Numbered from the stretch's first letter, positions 17,401 to 31,291 are shown. The stretch: 64,000 nucleotides of DNA from the human T2T-CHM13v2.0 reference genome, Homo sapiens (GCF_009914755.1 NC_060936.1), one strand, 5' to 3'. The notes: a model not told the origin generated them from the sequence alone. A program made the numbers and translations.

Positions 17401-18187
17401 TGACTGTCATCTAATAGATACTGTCCCATAATATCAGATTTCCATGGGGAAACATGAGGCTGGGGACAAATCAGGATCAGAGTTAGATTTGCTGAAAAAC
17501 CAGAATTAGGAAAGAAATACAAAATTAGAGCAAGAGTTCTCTAGCTACATGACATTCACCCTGGGAACTGAGAAAAGAGAGATCTTGGTGAAAACACTTC
17601 AGAAGGCTCAAATCTCAGTACATGAGGTTGAGTTAGGTTTGGCCCTCAGTTTACCCAGCAAAACCTTCAAAAGAAGTTTCAAAGGAAAAAGGAAAAAAAG
17701 GTAGTTTTGTTCCTACCTTGAAAAAAAAAGGTAGTTTACTTGCAATGAAAGTTTGCAATAGAGTCCGGGCTTTAGGACTAGCTCACCAGATTGAAGAAAA
17801 AAGAAAAGCAACAGCCATTTAAAGGAAAAACAAAATCCCCCAAACTCTCACGAGATTATCAAGGTTACAGGTATTACAGTTAATTTGATCTTGGTGATAA
17901 AAAAGCCAGTTATGTCACACCCATAAAGGCCATAGCATATCTTCAGATATAAGCATTGTGAAATTCAGAAAAGAGTTGTTTTTAATTAGGAAGTCAGCAA
18001 TTTATGGGGAATATCAAGGTTTATCTTAGGGAGGGGTCAAAATTAGACAGAAAGACTCTGTTTTTATTTTTTTGTTGTTTTATTTGATGTAAAGAAGCAA
18101 AACTCATGTGACATGATAATTAGTTACCACAAGGGCAGCCAAGCAAGCTGACATGTTTACATCAGGTAATTAACCACAGTAACATAG

Positions 18188-18756
18188 TGTGATGGTTAAT
18201 ATTAAGTGTCAACTTGATTGGATTGAAGGATGCAAAGTATTGTTTCTGGGTGTATCTGGGTGTTTCTGGGTGTTGCCAGAAGAGATTAACATTTGAGTCA
18301 GTGGACTGGGAGAGGAAGACCCACCCTCAGGAAGACCCACCCACAATGTGAATAGGCACCATCCAATCGGCTGCCAGTGTGGCTAGAGAAAGAAGGCAGA
18401 AGAAGGCAGAAGGACTAGACTGGCTGAGTCTTCTGACCTACATCTTTCTCCCATGCTGGATGCTTCCTGCCCTGGAACATCAGACTCCAAGTTCTTAGCT
18501 TTTGGACTCTTGGACTTACACCAGTGGTTTGCCAGGGGTTCTTGGGCTTTCAGACACAAACTGAAGGCTGCACTGTTGGCCTCCCTACTTTAGAGGTTTT
18601 GGGACTTGGACTGGCTTCCTTGCTCCTCAGCTTGCAGATGGCCTATTGTGGTATTTCACTTTGTGATCATGTGAGTCAATTCTTGTTAATGAACTCCCCT
18701 TCATATACACATTTATCCTATTAGTTCTGCCCCTCTAGAGAACACTGACTATTACA
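18188..18756 (+). mobile_element. MLT2A-type (HERV-L) solo LTR
   Basis: TGTGATGGTTAATATT...ACTATTACA; 5-bp TSD CATAG at 18183-18187 and 18757-18761. Confidence 0.9.
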
Positions 18757-19794
18757 CATAGTGAAGTCAGTAAGGATCCTGCAGCATTTTAACTCACATT
18801 GTCTGTCTAAACTGTAAAACACGCTAGAAAGAAGTCAGAGAAATCTTTAAACAAGAATGAGAGGCAAGAATAATACTGGTAGAATATAAAAGAAAGATTA
18901 CTTTTGCACAATGAGTTTAGAACTTGAGTGTTTTTCATAAGATCATGTATCAATTCTACAACAAAACAAAACTACAAGAAATCTCAAGTGAATCAATATA
19001 TGTAAATAAGAAGTATAAATTAGTTTGACTTTGTAACCTCAAATATATTCTAAGCTGCATAAGTTTTATTACCTATAATTATATTTCCTTGTTAGTGAGT
19101 TCAATGGCATGGTTATGCAATGAATAATATTTATATAATATTCTCTTAAATGTTTGTTGAAATGTTTTTGAATAAACTTAGAGCTAAAGCAAGAACACAT
19201 TATTTTGTCTCAGTTTGACAGTAATTACATTATGTAACTTTCCTTTTGTACTTTTGTTTGTAGGGCATTTTTTAAACTACAAAATGACATTTTGTTACTT
19301 TTTGCTTTATCTATGGATTTTATAAACAGCAGATAAAATTATGTTTACCTTTATAGACTACAGATAAGTTATTTTAATTATGTGAGTTTAGCAAGGTATA
19401 TTTAACCAATTTTCCAACTATTTTTATTTAGCAATGTTATAGAATGTAATATACTAAAACTAACATGCAAAAAAGAGAAAATATTATCCTTAATTTATCA
19501 CACAGAGAGTTGCTTTTAGTTTGTTATCTATATACATTATAATGTATTTTTGAATTGCATGCTATGATTCTTCAATATTAAGAATATTTGACACATAATA
19601 AAAATTCTATTAACAGTTCAAATTACTGTTTTATTATAAAAGAAAATCTTTTATAGAAACTATAGAAAAATGATAAAGAGAAGTAAATACACGTGACTTT
19701 ATCTTATGTCTTTCAAGTTTATTTGCTAGCAAGAATAAAATATTAATAAGTAGTACCAGAGAGTGCACTAATTTCACCAAACTTTAAAAGGTAC

Positions 19795-20131
19795 TGATAT
19801 GGTTTGGCTGTGTCCCTACCCAAATCTCATCTTAAATTGTAGCTCCCACAATTCCCACGTGAATCATGGGGTGGGTCTTTCTGGTGCTGTTCTCGTGGTA
19901 GTGAATAAGTCTCATGAGATCTCATGGTTTTATACGGGGGAATTTCCCTGCACAAGCTCTCTGTTTGCCTGCTGCCAACCATGTAACATGTAACTTGCTC
20001 CTCCTTGCCTTCCTCCGTGATTGTGAGGCCTCCCCAGCCATGTGGACTGTTAGTCCATTAAACCTCTTTTCTGCATAAATTACCGAGTCTTGGGTATGTC
20101 TTTATTAGCAGCATGCAAATGGACTAATACA
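19795..20131 (+). mobile_element. THE1-type MaLR solo LTR
   Basis: TGATATGGTTTGGCTGTGTCCC...GGACTAATACA; TSD GGTAC at 19790-19794 and 20132-20136. Confidence 0.92.
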
Positions 20132-20239
20132 GGTACTATTCTACCTGAACATTCTAACATAATTAAGCAATTTATGTTTTTTGTTTCTGACTAGAATTAT
20201 ATTTTATGTAACACTTAATTTTTAGCACAATTTTTTAAC

Positions 20240-21060
20240 CTTTCTTTGTCATTCAGGTATATCTTATTATTTTCCTTTATTCCAATGTTACAATCTCCAA
20301 AATTATCAGAAGCATGTATTTGAGAGCACCTGTCAAAATTCCACAGCTGACTATAAACCATCTTTTGAAAAGGATTAAAACAAGACAACAATTGTCTGTG
20401 AATAGCAAAATGTCCAGGGTAGTTACAGTTATAAATATAATTGACAAAGAAATTTGGTTATCTCCATCCTTTACAATAACTTAACATAACAACCTTAATT
20501 ATGATTGATAGCATATACTCACACCTTATAATTTTAGAAATCCCATGCAATTTTGGAACATATATTAACATTATTCACAAAAATATAACCTAAAGAAGAT
20601 TGAACATCATTTTGGCAATCCCATATACCTGAATATGTCAAATAATTCTGTTTACCTCTTTTCTGGATGTTTCAGGGGCCCTCTGATCCATCCAAAAAGC
20701 CAGGTATCAGGAAAGACAATTTTGAAATTGAAGTTTGATTTTGGAAAGCCTGTTAAATATGTTCAAAGTTTAAAACACTTGATATTATGAAATAGAATTT
20801 CAGATTACTGTAAGTTACTTATTTTGCCAAAATGATAACTCAGAAATTTAAAAATTTTATAACCCCTTACAAATTTTGCTAAAGAGCAGAGTAGTGCCTT
20901 AAGAATACCTTGTTGTGCTTTTATTTTAATGCTCAATTTACAGAATAACCATATAATACCCCTTTTGAATGTAGTCAATATGTTCACACAGAGAATTTCT
21001 ATTTCAAGATTAATTTTTAGAAACCTTCCACCACTTGTTTGAATTTGAACAATTTTTTAA
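20240..21060. mobile_element. ERV1 internal fragment (MER4-group-like)
   Basis: Resembles MER4-group internal sequence from memory; boundaries approximate. Confidence 0.45.
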
Positions 21061-21234
21061 CCCTAGGCAAAAAACAACTAGAGAGAGCAAAACCAAATTT
21101 CATGGACAGACAAATTTATATAACAAAGTGTGACTATGAATCTCCAAATATTAGCAGGTGGGAACAAAGCATCAACCTCAAAATCTGAGCATTATTGGCT
21201 GCTGTGTTGGAGAAAGCAAATGGAAGAAATCAGA

Positions 21235-21795
21235 TTTCTTTTTATTTTATTTTATTTTATTATTATTATACTTTAAGTTTTAGGGTACATGTGCACAATG
21301 TGCAGGTTAGTTACATATGTATACATGTGCCATGCTGGTGTGCTGCACCCATTAACTCGTCATTTAGCATTAGGTATATCTCCTAATGCTATCCCTCCCC
21401 CCTCCCCCCACCCCACAACAGTCCCCAGAGTGTGATGTTCCCCTTCCTGTGTCCATGTGTTCTCATTGTTCAATTCCCACCTATGAGTGAGAACATGTGG
21501 TGTTTGGTTTTTTGTCCTTGCGATAGTTTACTGAGAATGATGATTTCCAATTTCATCCATGTCCCTGCAAAGGACATGAACTCATCATTTTTTATGGCTG
21601 CATAGTGTTCCATGGTGTATATGTGCCACATTTTCATAATCCAGTCTATCATTGTTGGACATTTGGGTTGGTTCCAAGTCTTTGCTATTGTGAATAGTGC
21701 CGCAATAAACATACGTGTGCATGTGTCTTTATAGCAGCATGATTTATAATCCTTTGGGTATATACCCAGTAATGGGATGGCTGGGACAAATGGTA
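21235..21795 (-). mobile_element. 5'-truncated L1PA 3' end
   Basis: ORF2 C-terminus ([17 protein letters not shown]...SLIGGN), 3'UTR and T-rich tail; no TSD recognised. Confidence 0.92.
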
Positions 21796-23089
21796 TGAGA
21801 ACAAACAAATTCAAAGTAGCCAACAGGTATTCCCTAGAAAGGGTGGCAGACCAAAATGAGAATAGCAGCTGATATAGGAGAGCTTTTACCCACTCTAACA
21901 GTGAGTCTGTGTAAGGAACACATGGTAAGGCCTAAAAAGGTTATGAAAGCCTAACCCATGTAAACTTTCAAAATACACCAGCTTCATATCTGGACATAGC
22001 CTCACGTTGAAAAGAAGTGGTCATAATTATTCACCCCCTCCCTTTGACCATCCTTTTTGCTATGTCATTTTTCAGTGCTCTCCAACTCAGGGAAGGGATG
22101 TTCTGCCCATTCCTTGATTCATCCACATCACTTGCTTTGGCCAGTGAGATGTTTGCTTGAAAAGTTGCTTGTGGTATATTTCTGCTTTTATTTGTCTTTC
22201 TCAACCATAGCTATAAGAAGATGCCCAGGGTTGCCTGATGGAAGACAAGACACATGCAGAGAAGATACAAGTTGCTTCAGTCGTCCCAGCTAAGGTCATC
22301 CTCAACCAGCCAACAATAGAGACTGCATAGCTAATATCATCAGAGTTTCCTAGTTGATGACCCCAGTAACATGAGTTTAACGACACTTAGGCTTTGTGGT
22401 GGTTCTGTACATGTTATTTTTGTAATAGCTGGTAAGTATGCTAAATAAAATTTAATTTAGATATTTAATCTTGTATGTTATATTCTAAGTCTTTGGTAAC
22501 TGAATTTCAGTATATGGTATACCGAATGGCTACATGTTCATTTCTTTCAAGCTCATTAGTTTTTTTCATTACTTCTTGTATTTCAGTGAGATAGGCACAT
22601 TCTAATGTTTGGACTCTCAATCTTGTGGTCCAGCTAGAACCACAGTACTTAGTACTTCAGAGGTGACTTAGTACATCAGAGGCGACAAGGCCTTGAGATA
22701 ATAATTATCACTTATATTCAAATAGGCTTGCTTGTTAATTAAATCTTGCTCATTAATTTTAATTATAAATACATTGGTAACCTGGTATGTAATATATTGT
22801 ATGATACAATAGGCAAAATAGAAATCACCTATGATCCCACAAGAAAATGGCAATAAAAAAACCTATAGAACATAAGACTATGAGCTATCATGTAAAAGAA
22901 GCAATACAAAAATTAATTGTGAATGTGGAAGGTATAAATTAAACTGAGAAATGGAAATTATGTGAAATACATTACCTCAACCTAAAGCAAGTTTTTCTAA
23001 CAAGAAATTGTTTCCACAAAGACTCCGAGATGGTTCAAGGTAAGTAATAAGGATAGATAGTATCCTTTTCTTGTTGTCTCTTCCTTCCT

Positions 23090-23826
23090 ATGTGGCCCTG
23101 GTGGAATGAACCTGGAACTTTTCATTGTTATCACCCATAATTGACTTATTCTTAGCTTCCCCCAGAGGGATCCCCTTCCACCCAGTCTATACCGTAATTA
23201 CCTGAAATAGTTGCAATAGCGCTAACTAAGGGCACCACCAGTCCCTCCTGCCATATTCCATAGATCTTCAGGGATTACCACAGTTCACTGGTGATTTAAT
23301 CTTTGCCTTATTTAAATTTCCTTTTTGCTTTCATTGTTCTCATCCCAATGCCTGTAATATACACTACAATGCAGGGGAGGCGTGTTCATGCAGTGCAATC
23401 CTTTAGGTTCAGTTGCATTTCCTTTTCAGTTTCAATAAAGAAATATTCATAGGCCTGGAAGAGGCTTTGATAGATTCTCTTCCATCCTCTTTTCTCATGA
23501 GAGGGGTATATAATTACAGGGGATTTTCAGGCAAAAACACTATTAAGGAAATGAAAAAAGACATTCTTAATTCAAGAATGAGCTATTATTAATCTATAAG
23601 GGCCTAAAACAGAACAAAATTACATATTTCAAAACAAGATTTTTATATCTTATGCTAAACTTTTATTTTTATTATGCTTAATTTTGACATTGTCTTTAAT
23701 TTCCATAATATAGTTTTACAACCTTTTTGCCTTTCTAGAATTAAATACAATAACTTTTTTATCCTCACATCTACCAGTAGAAAATTGCTTTAAAAAAGTC
23801 AAGAAAGAAGACATATTCAGGTAAGA
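23090..23826 (+). promoter_or_regulatory. Putative promoter/first non-coding exon of OR9K1P
   Basis: TAATTGACTTATT at 23138-23150, O/E-like CCCAGAGGGA at 23161-23170, strong donor CAG|GTAAGA at 23820/23821; about 3 kb upstream of the ATG. Confidence 0.55.
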
Positions 23827-24975
23827 GATGAGTTTTTTTTTTTATTTTAGTCAAATAATTAATCATCCTTAAGTATTTCTGCATGCTTTATCAAATAAAA
23901 ATTATTTTATGATTGGCAATGTTTGCTTGTTACCAATTATAAAATAAAGCCAGTATGCACCTTAAAAAATCACAATCTTTTTCTTGAAGGGCAGATCACA
24001 ACATGCTGATTATTTCATAATAAATTGAAGGTGAACAAAGGAGAAAATGCAGGTGCACTTGTAGTTTGAGAAGAAACTAATTTCTAATACTCATGGGTCA
24101 CCTTATTCTGGCTGGCATACAGTAGATGGCCCACAAGTGTTCAGCGATTGAACGAATGATTGTATGAGTAAATATTATTCTTGAAAAAAATTAATCTCAA
24201 TAATTACTTCCTGATCATAGTGGATACTGTCAGGTATAGTTTCAGAAAATATTCTGTAATTTAATTAATAAAACTGGGAATTAGAAGAAAGAACATTTGC
24301 TGCTAAAATACTGCCGAATATCCAGTTGTGTGGTGTGAATTTGGTGGCTTCAATAAGGCCTTCTTATTTACTCTAAAAATTTCTAATATTTTACTTGTTC
24401 TATGAGCCACCTATTATCTGATGATGAGTGGTTGGAATTTCTCTGTTAAATCTTCATTCCCTTAGCCCTAGTTTTACCATGATATTTAAGTGCAATCATT
24501 CTTGCAGACATTAACAGGAACACCTAGTGCTTTTCTTAACAACAAATTCAATTAGGATTATTTAAGTGGGTTTCAAGATGGAGCAGTGGGGGAGAGAAGA
24601 AATCTAGGAATCATATTGAGTTGTTAACCAGTTATTTTTCTTGTGAACTAAGTTGCTAACTTTTAAAAAATATATAGTATTGGGAGGAGAGGAGAAAGAT
24701 CGGGTGATGAGAAGATGATAACAACAGGAGCTGAGTGATTTGGGGAGAAGATAAAGCAGACAGAAAGGTCACATGTGTGAGGGAAGATGAGAGCCAAGGC
24801 CAAAATATGGTGACTCTGTCATTCATGCCAAACCAAGATAGTACTTTTTAGATTGTTTTCTGCGTTTGAAAACCAGAAAGCCTGCAAATTTATAAGACAG
24901 AGAAATCTGACTACTTAAGATTTGTGTGATAGATTCAAAGTAACCATCATGACTATTTTAATACATTCAGAAATG

Positions 24976-25280
24976 GGCTGGGCACAGTGGCTCACGCCTG
25001 TAATCCCAGCATTTTGGGAGGCTGAGGCGGGCAGATTGCCTGAGGTCAGGAGTTTGAGACCAGCCTGGCCAACATGGCAAAACCCTGTCTCTATTAAAAA
25101 TTACATAAATTAGCTGGGCGTGGTGGCGTGTGCCTATAGTCCCAGTTACTCTGGAGGTTGAGGCAGGAGAATCGCTTAAACCCAGGAGGCAGAGGTTTCA
25201 GTGAGCCACAATCGCACCACTGCACTCCAGCCTAGGCAACAGAATGAGACACCCATCTCAAAAAAAAAAAAAAAAAAAAA
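24976..25280 (+). mobile_element. Alu (AluSx-like)
   Basis: Full dimeric Alu with poly(A). Confidence 0.93.
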
Positions 25281-26035
25281 GCTCTCAAAATTAATACACT
25301 TTTTTCCTAGCCAAAAATTTTATTCAGTTTATTGTGTTGAAGCTTCCTTTTCTTTTTTTAATTCCACATGTGTTTAAGATTAACTTGGCTTCTTGATAGA
25401 CCTGTGCAGGATTTGTAAGGTTCATGGATTTCTTTTCCTGGTAATGTGTCTGCACTTTGTCCACCTCACGAAGGTGATGATGCATTCTATTTTTAAGGGT
25501 TTTTTTTTTTTTTTAAGTTTAGGAGACTCAGTTAAATCCCTTGGCAACCTATTTCAAACTATCACAAACAGTTAATACTCTATTAATGTCTAATGTCTAT
25601 TCATGGAGTCTTAAATCATTTTTAAATTTGATTCTTCTATTGTAAAATAGAAGCATTATTAAGAATAAAATAAATTTGAAATTACGAGCTAAAGATGACA
25701 ACAAATATTTATACATCTCTCAAAACTTTCAGTTACTGTATATTAAACTTACCATGAATATCAAGTGAGGATCTAAACAGGTATAAAGAAAAGAGTGAAA
25801 GGCACATTGTCGTAATGGGAAGAGCACTGGGTTTGGAGAAACACATTAGAAATCAATGAGTTTGGTAACTTATATTTTTGTGAAGATGGGCAATTAAAAT
25901 ATACCTCATGTTGAGTTCCTATAAAAGGGTGCAGCAGTTCATGCCTAACAGAATTGGGTGGCCAAAAGGACATGACAACACAAATTTCAATATCCTCCAC
26001 AACTAAAAAACGGATATTTTATCATCCCGAGAAAT

Positions 26036-26182
26036 AGGCAGAAAGTTCAATTTTTAACCTTGTCTTTTACCTTTTAACAGGTTCTTGCCATGGGTGAAAA
26101 GGGAACAGGCAGAAAGTTCAATTTTTAACCTTGTCTCATACCTTTTAACAGGTTCTTGCCATGGGTGACAAGGGAACAGGCA
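26036..26182 (+). repeat. 71-bp tandem duplication spanning OR splice acceptor and start codon
   Basis: AGGCA recurs at 26036, 26107 and 26178; ATGs at 26090 and 26161. Confidence 0.93.
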
Positions 26183-27102
26183 ACCATTCAGATGTAACTG
26201 ATTTCATTCTTGAAGGCTTCAGGGTCTGCCCAGAGTTCTACATTCTCCTCTTCTTCCTGTTCCTGCTGGTCTATAGCGTGGTTCTTTTGGGGAACATTAG
26301 TGTGATGACAATCATTGTAACTGATTCCCAGCTGAACACACCAATGTATTTTTTTCTAGGCAACCTCTCCTTCATTGACGTCTCTTACTCCACTGTTATT
26401 GCTCCTAAAGCCATGGCCAACTTCCTGTCTGAAAAAAAGACAGTCTCTTTTGCAGGTTGTGTTGCCCAGTTATTCCTTTTTGCCCTGTTCATTGTAACAG
26501 AGGGGTTTGTCCTGGCAGCCATGGCCTATGACCACTTCAGTGCCATCTGCAATCCTCTTCTTCATAGTGTTCACATGTCAAGATGCCTCTGCACTCAGTT
26601 GGTTGCTGGTTCTTATTTCTGTGGCTGGGCCAGTTCCATCCTCCAAGTCAGTGTAACATTCTCAGTGTCCTTCTGTGCTTCCAGAGTCATTGATCACTTC
26701 TACTGTAATTCTTATCAAATTGAAAAGATTTCCTGTTCTAATCTCTTTGTCAATAAGATGGTATCTCTGAGTTTGAGTGTCATCATTATTTTGCCTACAA
26801 TTGTTGTTATTATAGTATCTTACCTGTATATTGTATCCTCAGTCTTGAAGATCCCCTCCAGTGAAGGGAGAAAGAAAGACTTTTCCACTTGCAGCTCCCA
26901 TCTGGGTGTTGTAAGTTTGCTCTAAGGGACTGTTTCCTTTGTGTACCTCACACCTCCAAGCAATCCTGAACTTCGCAAAGTGGCTTCAGTATTTTACATA
27001 TTGGTTACACCCATGTTAAACCCTCTGATCTACTCTCTAAGAAACAAAGATGTCAAAGAAGCTTTGAGAAAAATCCTGTGTAACAAAAAAGCTTTATCCT
27101 AA
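26161..27102 (+). pseudogene. OR9K1P: Olfactory receptor family 9 subfamily K pseudogene
   Basis: OR motifs LNTPMYFFLGNLS, MAYDH (for MAYDR), [23 protein letters not shown]; one in-frame TAA at 26923-26925; 942 nt, colinear with OR9K2. Confidence 0.85.
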
Positions 27103-27414
27103 TTCTACTTCCTTATGATTTCCTCATTAATGGGTCCATTGATTCTTTCATTTTGATTTGCTTTTAATATGGGGTCAAGCTTGAGTCACTTAAGATCCTT
27201 TAACATGGAACAAATAAAAGAGATTTAATAGGAGCAAACCTTGATATTTTCTTCGGCAATCCTTTCTATCGATTTTATCATATTTGGAAATCTGAAGTAC
27301 TTACAATTTACATTTAAAAGCATATGCTTGAATCAGGAAAATCATAGCAATGTGGAAACAAAATACTACTTGAAAAATATAAATATCCTCATTCATTAAA
27401 ATACAACATCGATA

Positions 27415-27923
<509 letters not shown>

Positions 27924-28048
27924 TCCATATGAATGCTGTATTTTAATGAATGAGGGTATTTATATTATATGTGAAAGTATCAAGGTTTGCTGCTATTATA
28001 TCTCTTTTATTTGTTCAATGGGATAAAATTGTAATGCTGATGGAAAGA

Positions 28049-28395
28049 TGTAGAAGTAAGGGGATGTTGTAAAATATCTCATACTATTTCATGAATGTTT
28101 GCTTACTTCCATAATATCAGAATATATCAATTTAGCGAATCAATTTTTTGAAAGATCCCAGTGATCATAGGGAGTATGATCCAAATTCCTTTCAAACTTT
28201 AAAAAAGGAAAGGTAGAATAGGGAGAGATGGGGAATAGCAGAGCAGAAGTACCCTGGCATGTAACATAATCTTAATTAAAAAAAGGCTTCTCAATTTTTA
28301 TGCATTCTAATTAGAAAGTTAGAAAAATTTCTTAACCAAAGACCACAATATCTTTTATCACAGTAAAGATCATTTTTATACTATTTCAAATGTGG
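28049..28395 (+). repeat. 347-bp inverted duplication, arm 1
   Basis: Reverse complement of 29837-30183, about 5 mismatches by eye. Confidence 0.95.
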
Positions 28396-28889
28396 TTCTC
28401 TATTTAAAAAATAAATTTTATTCATTTCTTACCATTATTTCCAATAAGTCAATTTATATTATATCATCACCTTCTGTGTTTCAACTACAAACATCTCTTT
28501 TTCATTGGCTTTATTGAGTGTATTACAGGTAGGTTTACATGTATGTAAAACATTGAAAATCACTTTGGCTAAAGTAAACAAGAGGGATATATTGGGTGTG
28601 TATGTGGAGCGCACTAAATAAAGTCTTGCAATTTGTTAGGAATTAAGGCACCTCAACGAATCAAGGACAACTGCTAAAGAGTCTGCTAGTAGAATCCAGT
28701 CTCACTGAGTGTTACATGTGAACTCCATGCATTTTGAAACTTTTTTTTTCATTTGATGTAAATTTGAGTTCTGATAGAGAGTATCATGTAGACCAAGTTT
28801 TGGGTAGTAGTCTGCCCTTATACTAGAGGATGGCTAGACCTTTGATTATGACTTTATCTAATTGGAAGTTATGAAATCCTCAAAGCATA

Positions 28890-29776
28890 ATGGCACACCT
28901 AGTAAGTGGCTAAAATTTAAAAAACGGACAATATTAAATACTGGTGAGGATGCAGAGTAATAGGAATGCTCATTCATTGCTGTTGGGGATGGAAAATAGT
29001 ACAGCAGACAGTGTGGCAGCTATGCAGCCAATTAACTGTACAAGCCAGCATTTGTGCTTCTGTGTATTTACCTCACTGATTTGAAAACTTATGTTCAGAT
29101 AAAAACTGCACATGAAATATCTGTCTTTCTGTGTCCAGCTTGTTTCACTTAAGGTAATAACCTCCAGTTATTAATTGTTGCAAAAGACATGATTTCATCC
29201 TTTTTTTGGCTGCATAGTATTCCATTGTATATGTATACCACATTTTCTTTACCCAGTCATACATTGATGGACTCTTAGGTTGATTCCAAATCTTTGCTAT
29301 TGTGAATAGTGCTGCAATAAACATTCAAGTTCAATTATCTTTTTGATGTATTGATTTCTTTTCCTTTGGGTAGATACCCAGTAGTGGTATTCCTGGATCA
29401 AACTGTAGTTCTATTTTTAGTTCTTTGAGAAACCTCTATACTGTTTTTCATAGAGGTTGTACCGATTTATACTCTCGCCAACAGCATATAAGTGTATGCT
29501 GTATTTTTCAACTCCATCAGCTCATTTATGTTTTTCTCTAACCTGGTTATTCTAGTTAGCAATTCCTCTAACCTTTTTTCAAGGTTCTTAGCTTCCTTGC
29601 ATTGGGTTAGAACATGCTCCTTTAGCTTGGAGGAGTTTTTTATTACCCAGCTTCTGAAGCCTACTTTTGTCAATTTGTCAAACTCATTCTTCATCCACTT
29701 TTTTTCCCTTCATGGTGAGGAGTTGTAATCCTTTGGATAAGAAGAGGCATTCTGGTTTTGGGGATTTTCAGCCTTT
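28890..29776. mobile_element. Mosaic of L1 fragments: old L1M (+) ~28890-29120, L1 ORF2 3' (-) ~29120-29494, L1PA ORF1 (-) ~29495-29776
   Basis: ORF 29467-29694 encodes an ORF1 coiled-coil piece ([30 protein letters not shown]). Confidence 0.75.
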
Positions 29777-29836
29777 GTGCACTTTGGGCACTTTTTTCCA
29801 GCTTCATCCATGTCCCTAAGCTTCTCTAATGCTATT

Positions 29837-30183
29837 CCACATTTGGAATAGTATAAAAATGATCTTTACTGTGATAAAAGATATTGTGGTCTTTGGTTAA
29901 GAAACTTTTCTAACTTTCTAATTGGAATGCATAAAAATTGAGAAGCCTTTTTTTAATTAAGATTATGTTACATGCCAGGGTACTTCTGCTCTGCTATTCC
30001 CCATCTCTCCCTATTCTACCTTTCCTTTTTTAAAGTTTGAAAGGAATTTGGATCATACTCCCTATGATCACTGGGATCTTTCAAAAAATTGATTCGCTAA
30101 ATTGATATATTCTGATATTATGGAAGTAAGCAAACATTCATGAAATAGTATGACATATTTGACAACATCCCCTTACTTCTACA
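29837..30183 (-). repeat. 347-bp inverted duplication, arm 2
   Basis: Reverse complement of 28049-28395. Confidence 0.95.
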
Positions 30184-30198
30184 GCTTTTTTAAGTTTT

Positions 30199-31100
30199 AA
30201 CAAATGGCTAATGTCCAGAATCTACACATAACTTAAACAAATGTACAAGAAAAAAATGAACAACACCATTAAAAAGTGGGTGAAGGATATGAACAGACAC
30301 TTCTCAAAAGAAGACTTTTATGTGGCCAACAAACATACGAAAAAAAGCTCATCATCGCTGGTCATTGGAGAAATGCAAATCAAAACCACAATGAAATACC
30401 ATCTCATGCCAGTTAGAATGGCGATCATTAAAAAGTCAGAAAACAACAGATGCTGGAGAGGATGTGGTGAAATAGGAATGCTTTTACACTGTTGGTGGAA
30501 GTGTAAATTAATTCAACCATTGTGGAAGACAGTGTGGCGATTCCTTAAGGATCTAGAACCAGAAATACCATTTGACCCAGCAATCCCATTACTGGGTATA
30601 TACTCAAAAGATTATAAATCATTCGACTATAAGAACTCATGCACTTGTATGTTTATTGCCACACTATTCACAATAGCAAAGACTTGGAACAACCAAAATT
30701 CCCATTAATGATAGACTGGATAAAGAAAATACGGCACATATACACCATGGAATACTATGCAGCCATAAAAAAGGATGAGTTCATGTCCTTTGCAGGGACA
30801 TGGATGAAGCTGGAAACCATCATTGTCAGCAAACACACACAGGAACAGAAAACCAAACACAGCATGTTCTCACTCATAAGTGTGAGTTGAAAAATGAGAA
30901 CACATGGACACAGGGAGGGGAACATCACACAACAGGGCCTGTTGGGGGGTGAAGGGCTACGGGAGGGATAGCATTAGGAGAAATACCTAATGTAGATGAG
31001 GGGTTGATGGTTGCAGCAAACCATCATGGCATGTGTATACCTACGTAACAAACCTGCACGTTCTGACATGTATCCCAAAACTTAAAGAATAATAAAAAAA
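30199..31100 (+). mobile_element. L1PA (older, L1PA7/8-like) 3' portion
   Basis: ORF2 C-terminal ORFs 30241-30708 and 30639-30890, 3'UTR, short A tail. Confidence 0.9.
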
Positions 31101-31291
31101 GGTTATTGGTATTCATATACTTACAAAAGGTTTCATTAGTATATGAAATTGTTTTAATGATTAAATTATGAAATTCCTGTAAAAGTGCTTAAAAAAATGC
31201 TTGGCTCAAATTAAATTTTGAATACATTTAATAAATTATTTTGTTACTGCAGTTGTCGCAAGTTACTTCAAAATTTTTTTTTTAAATAAGA

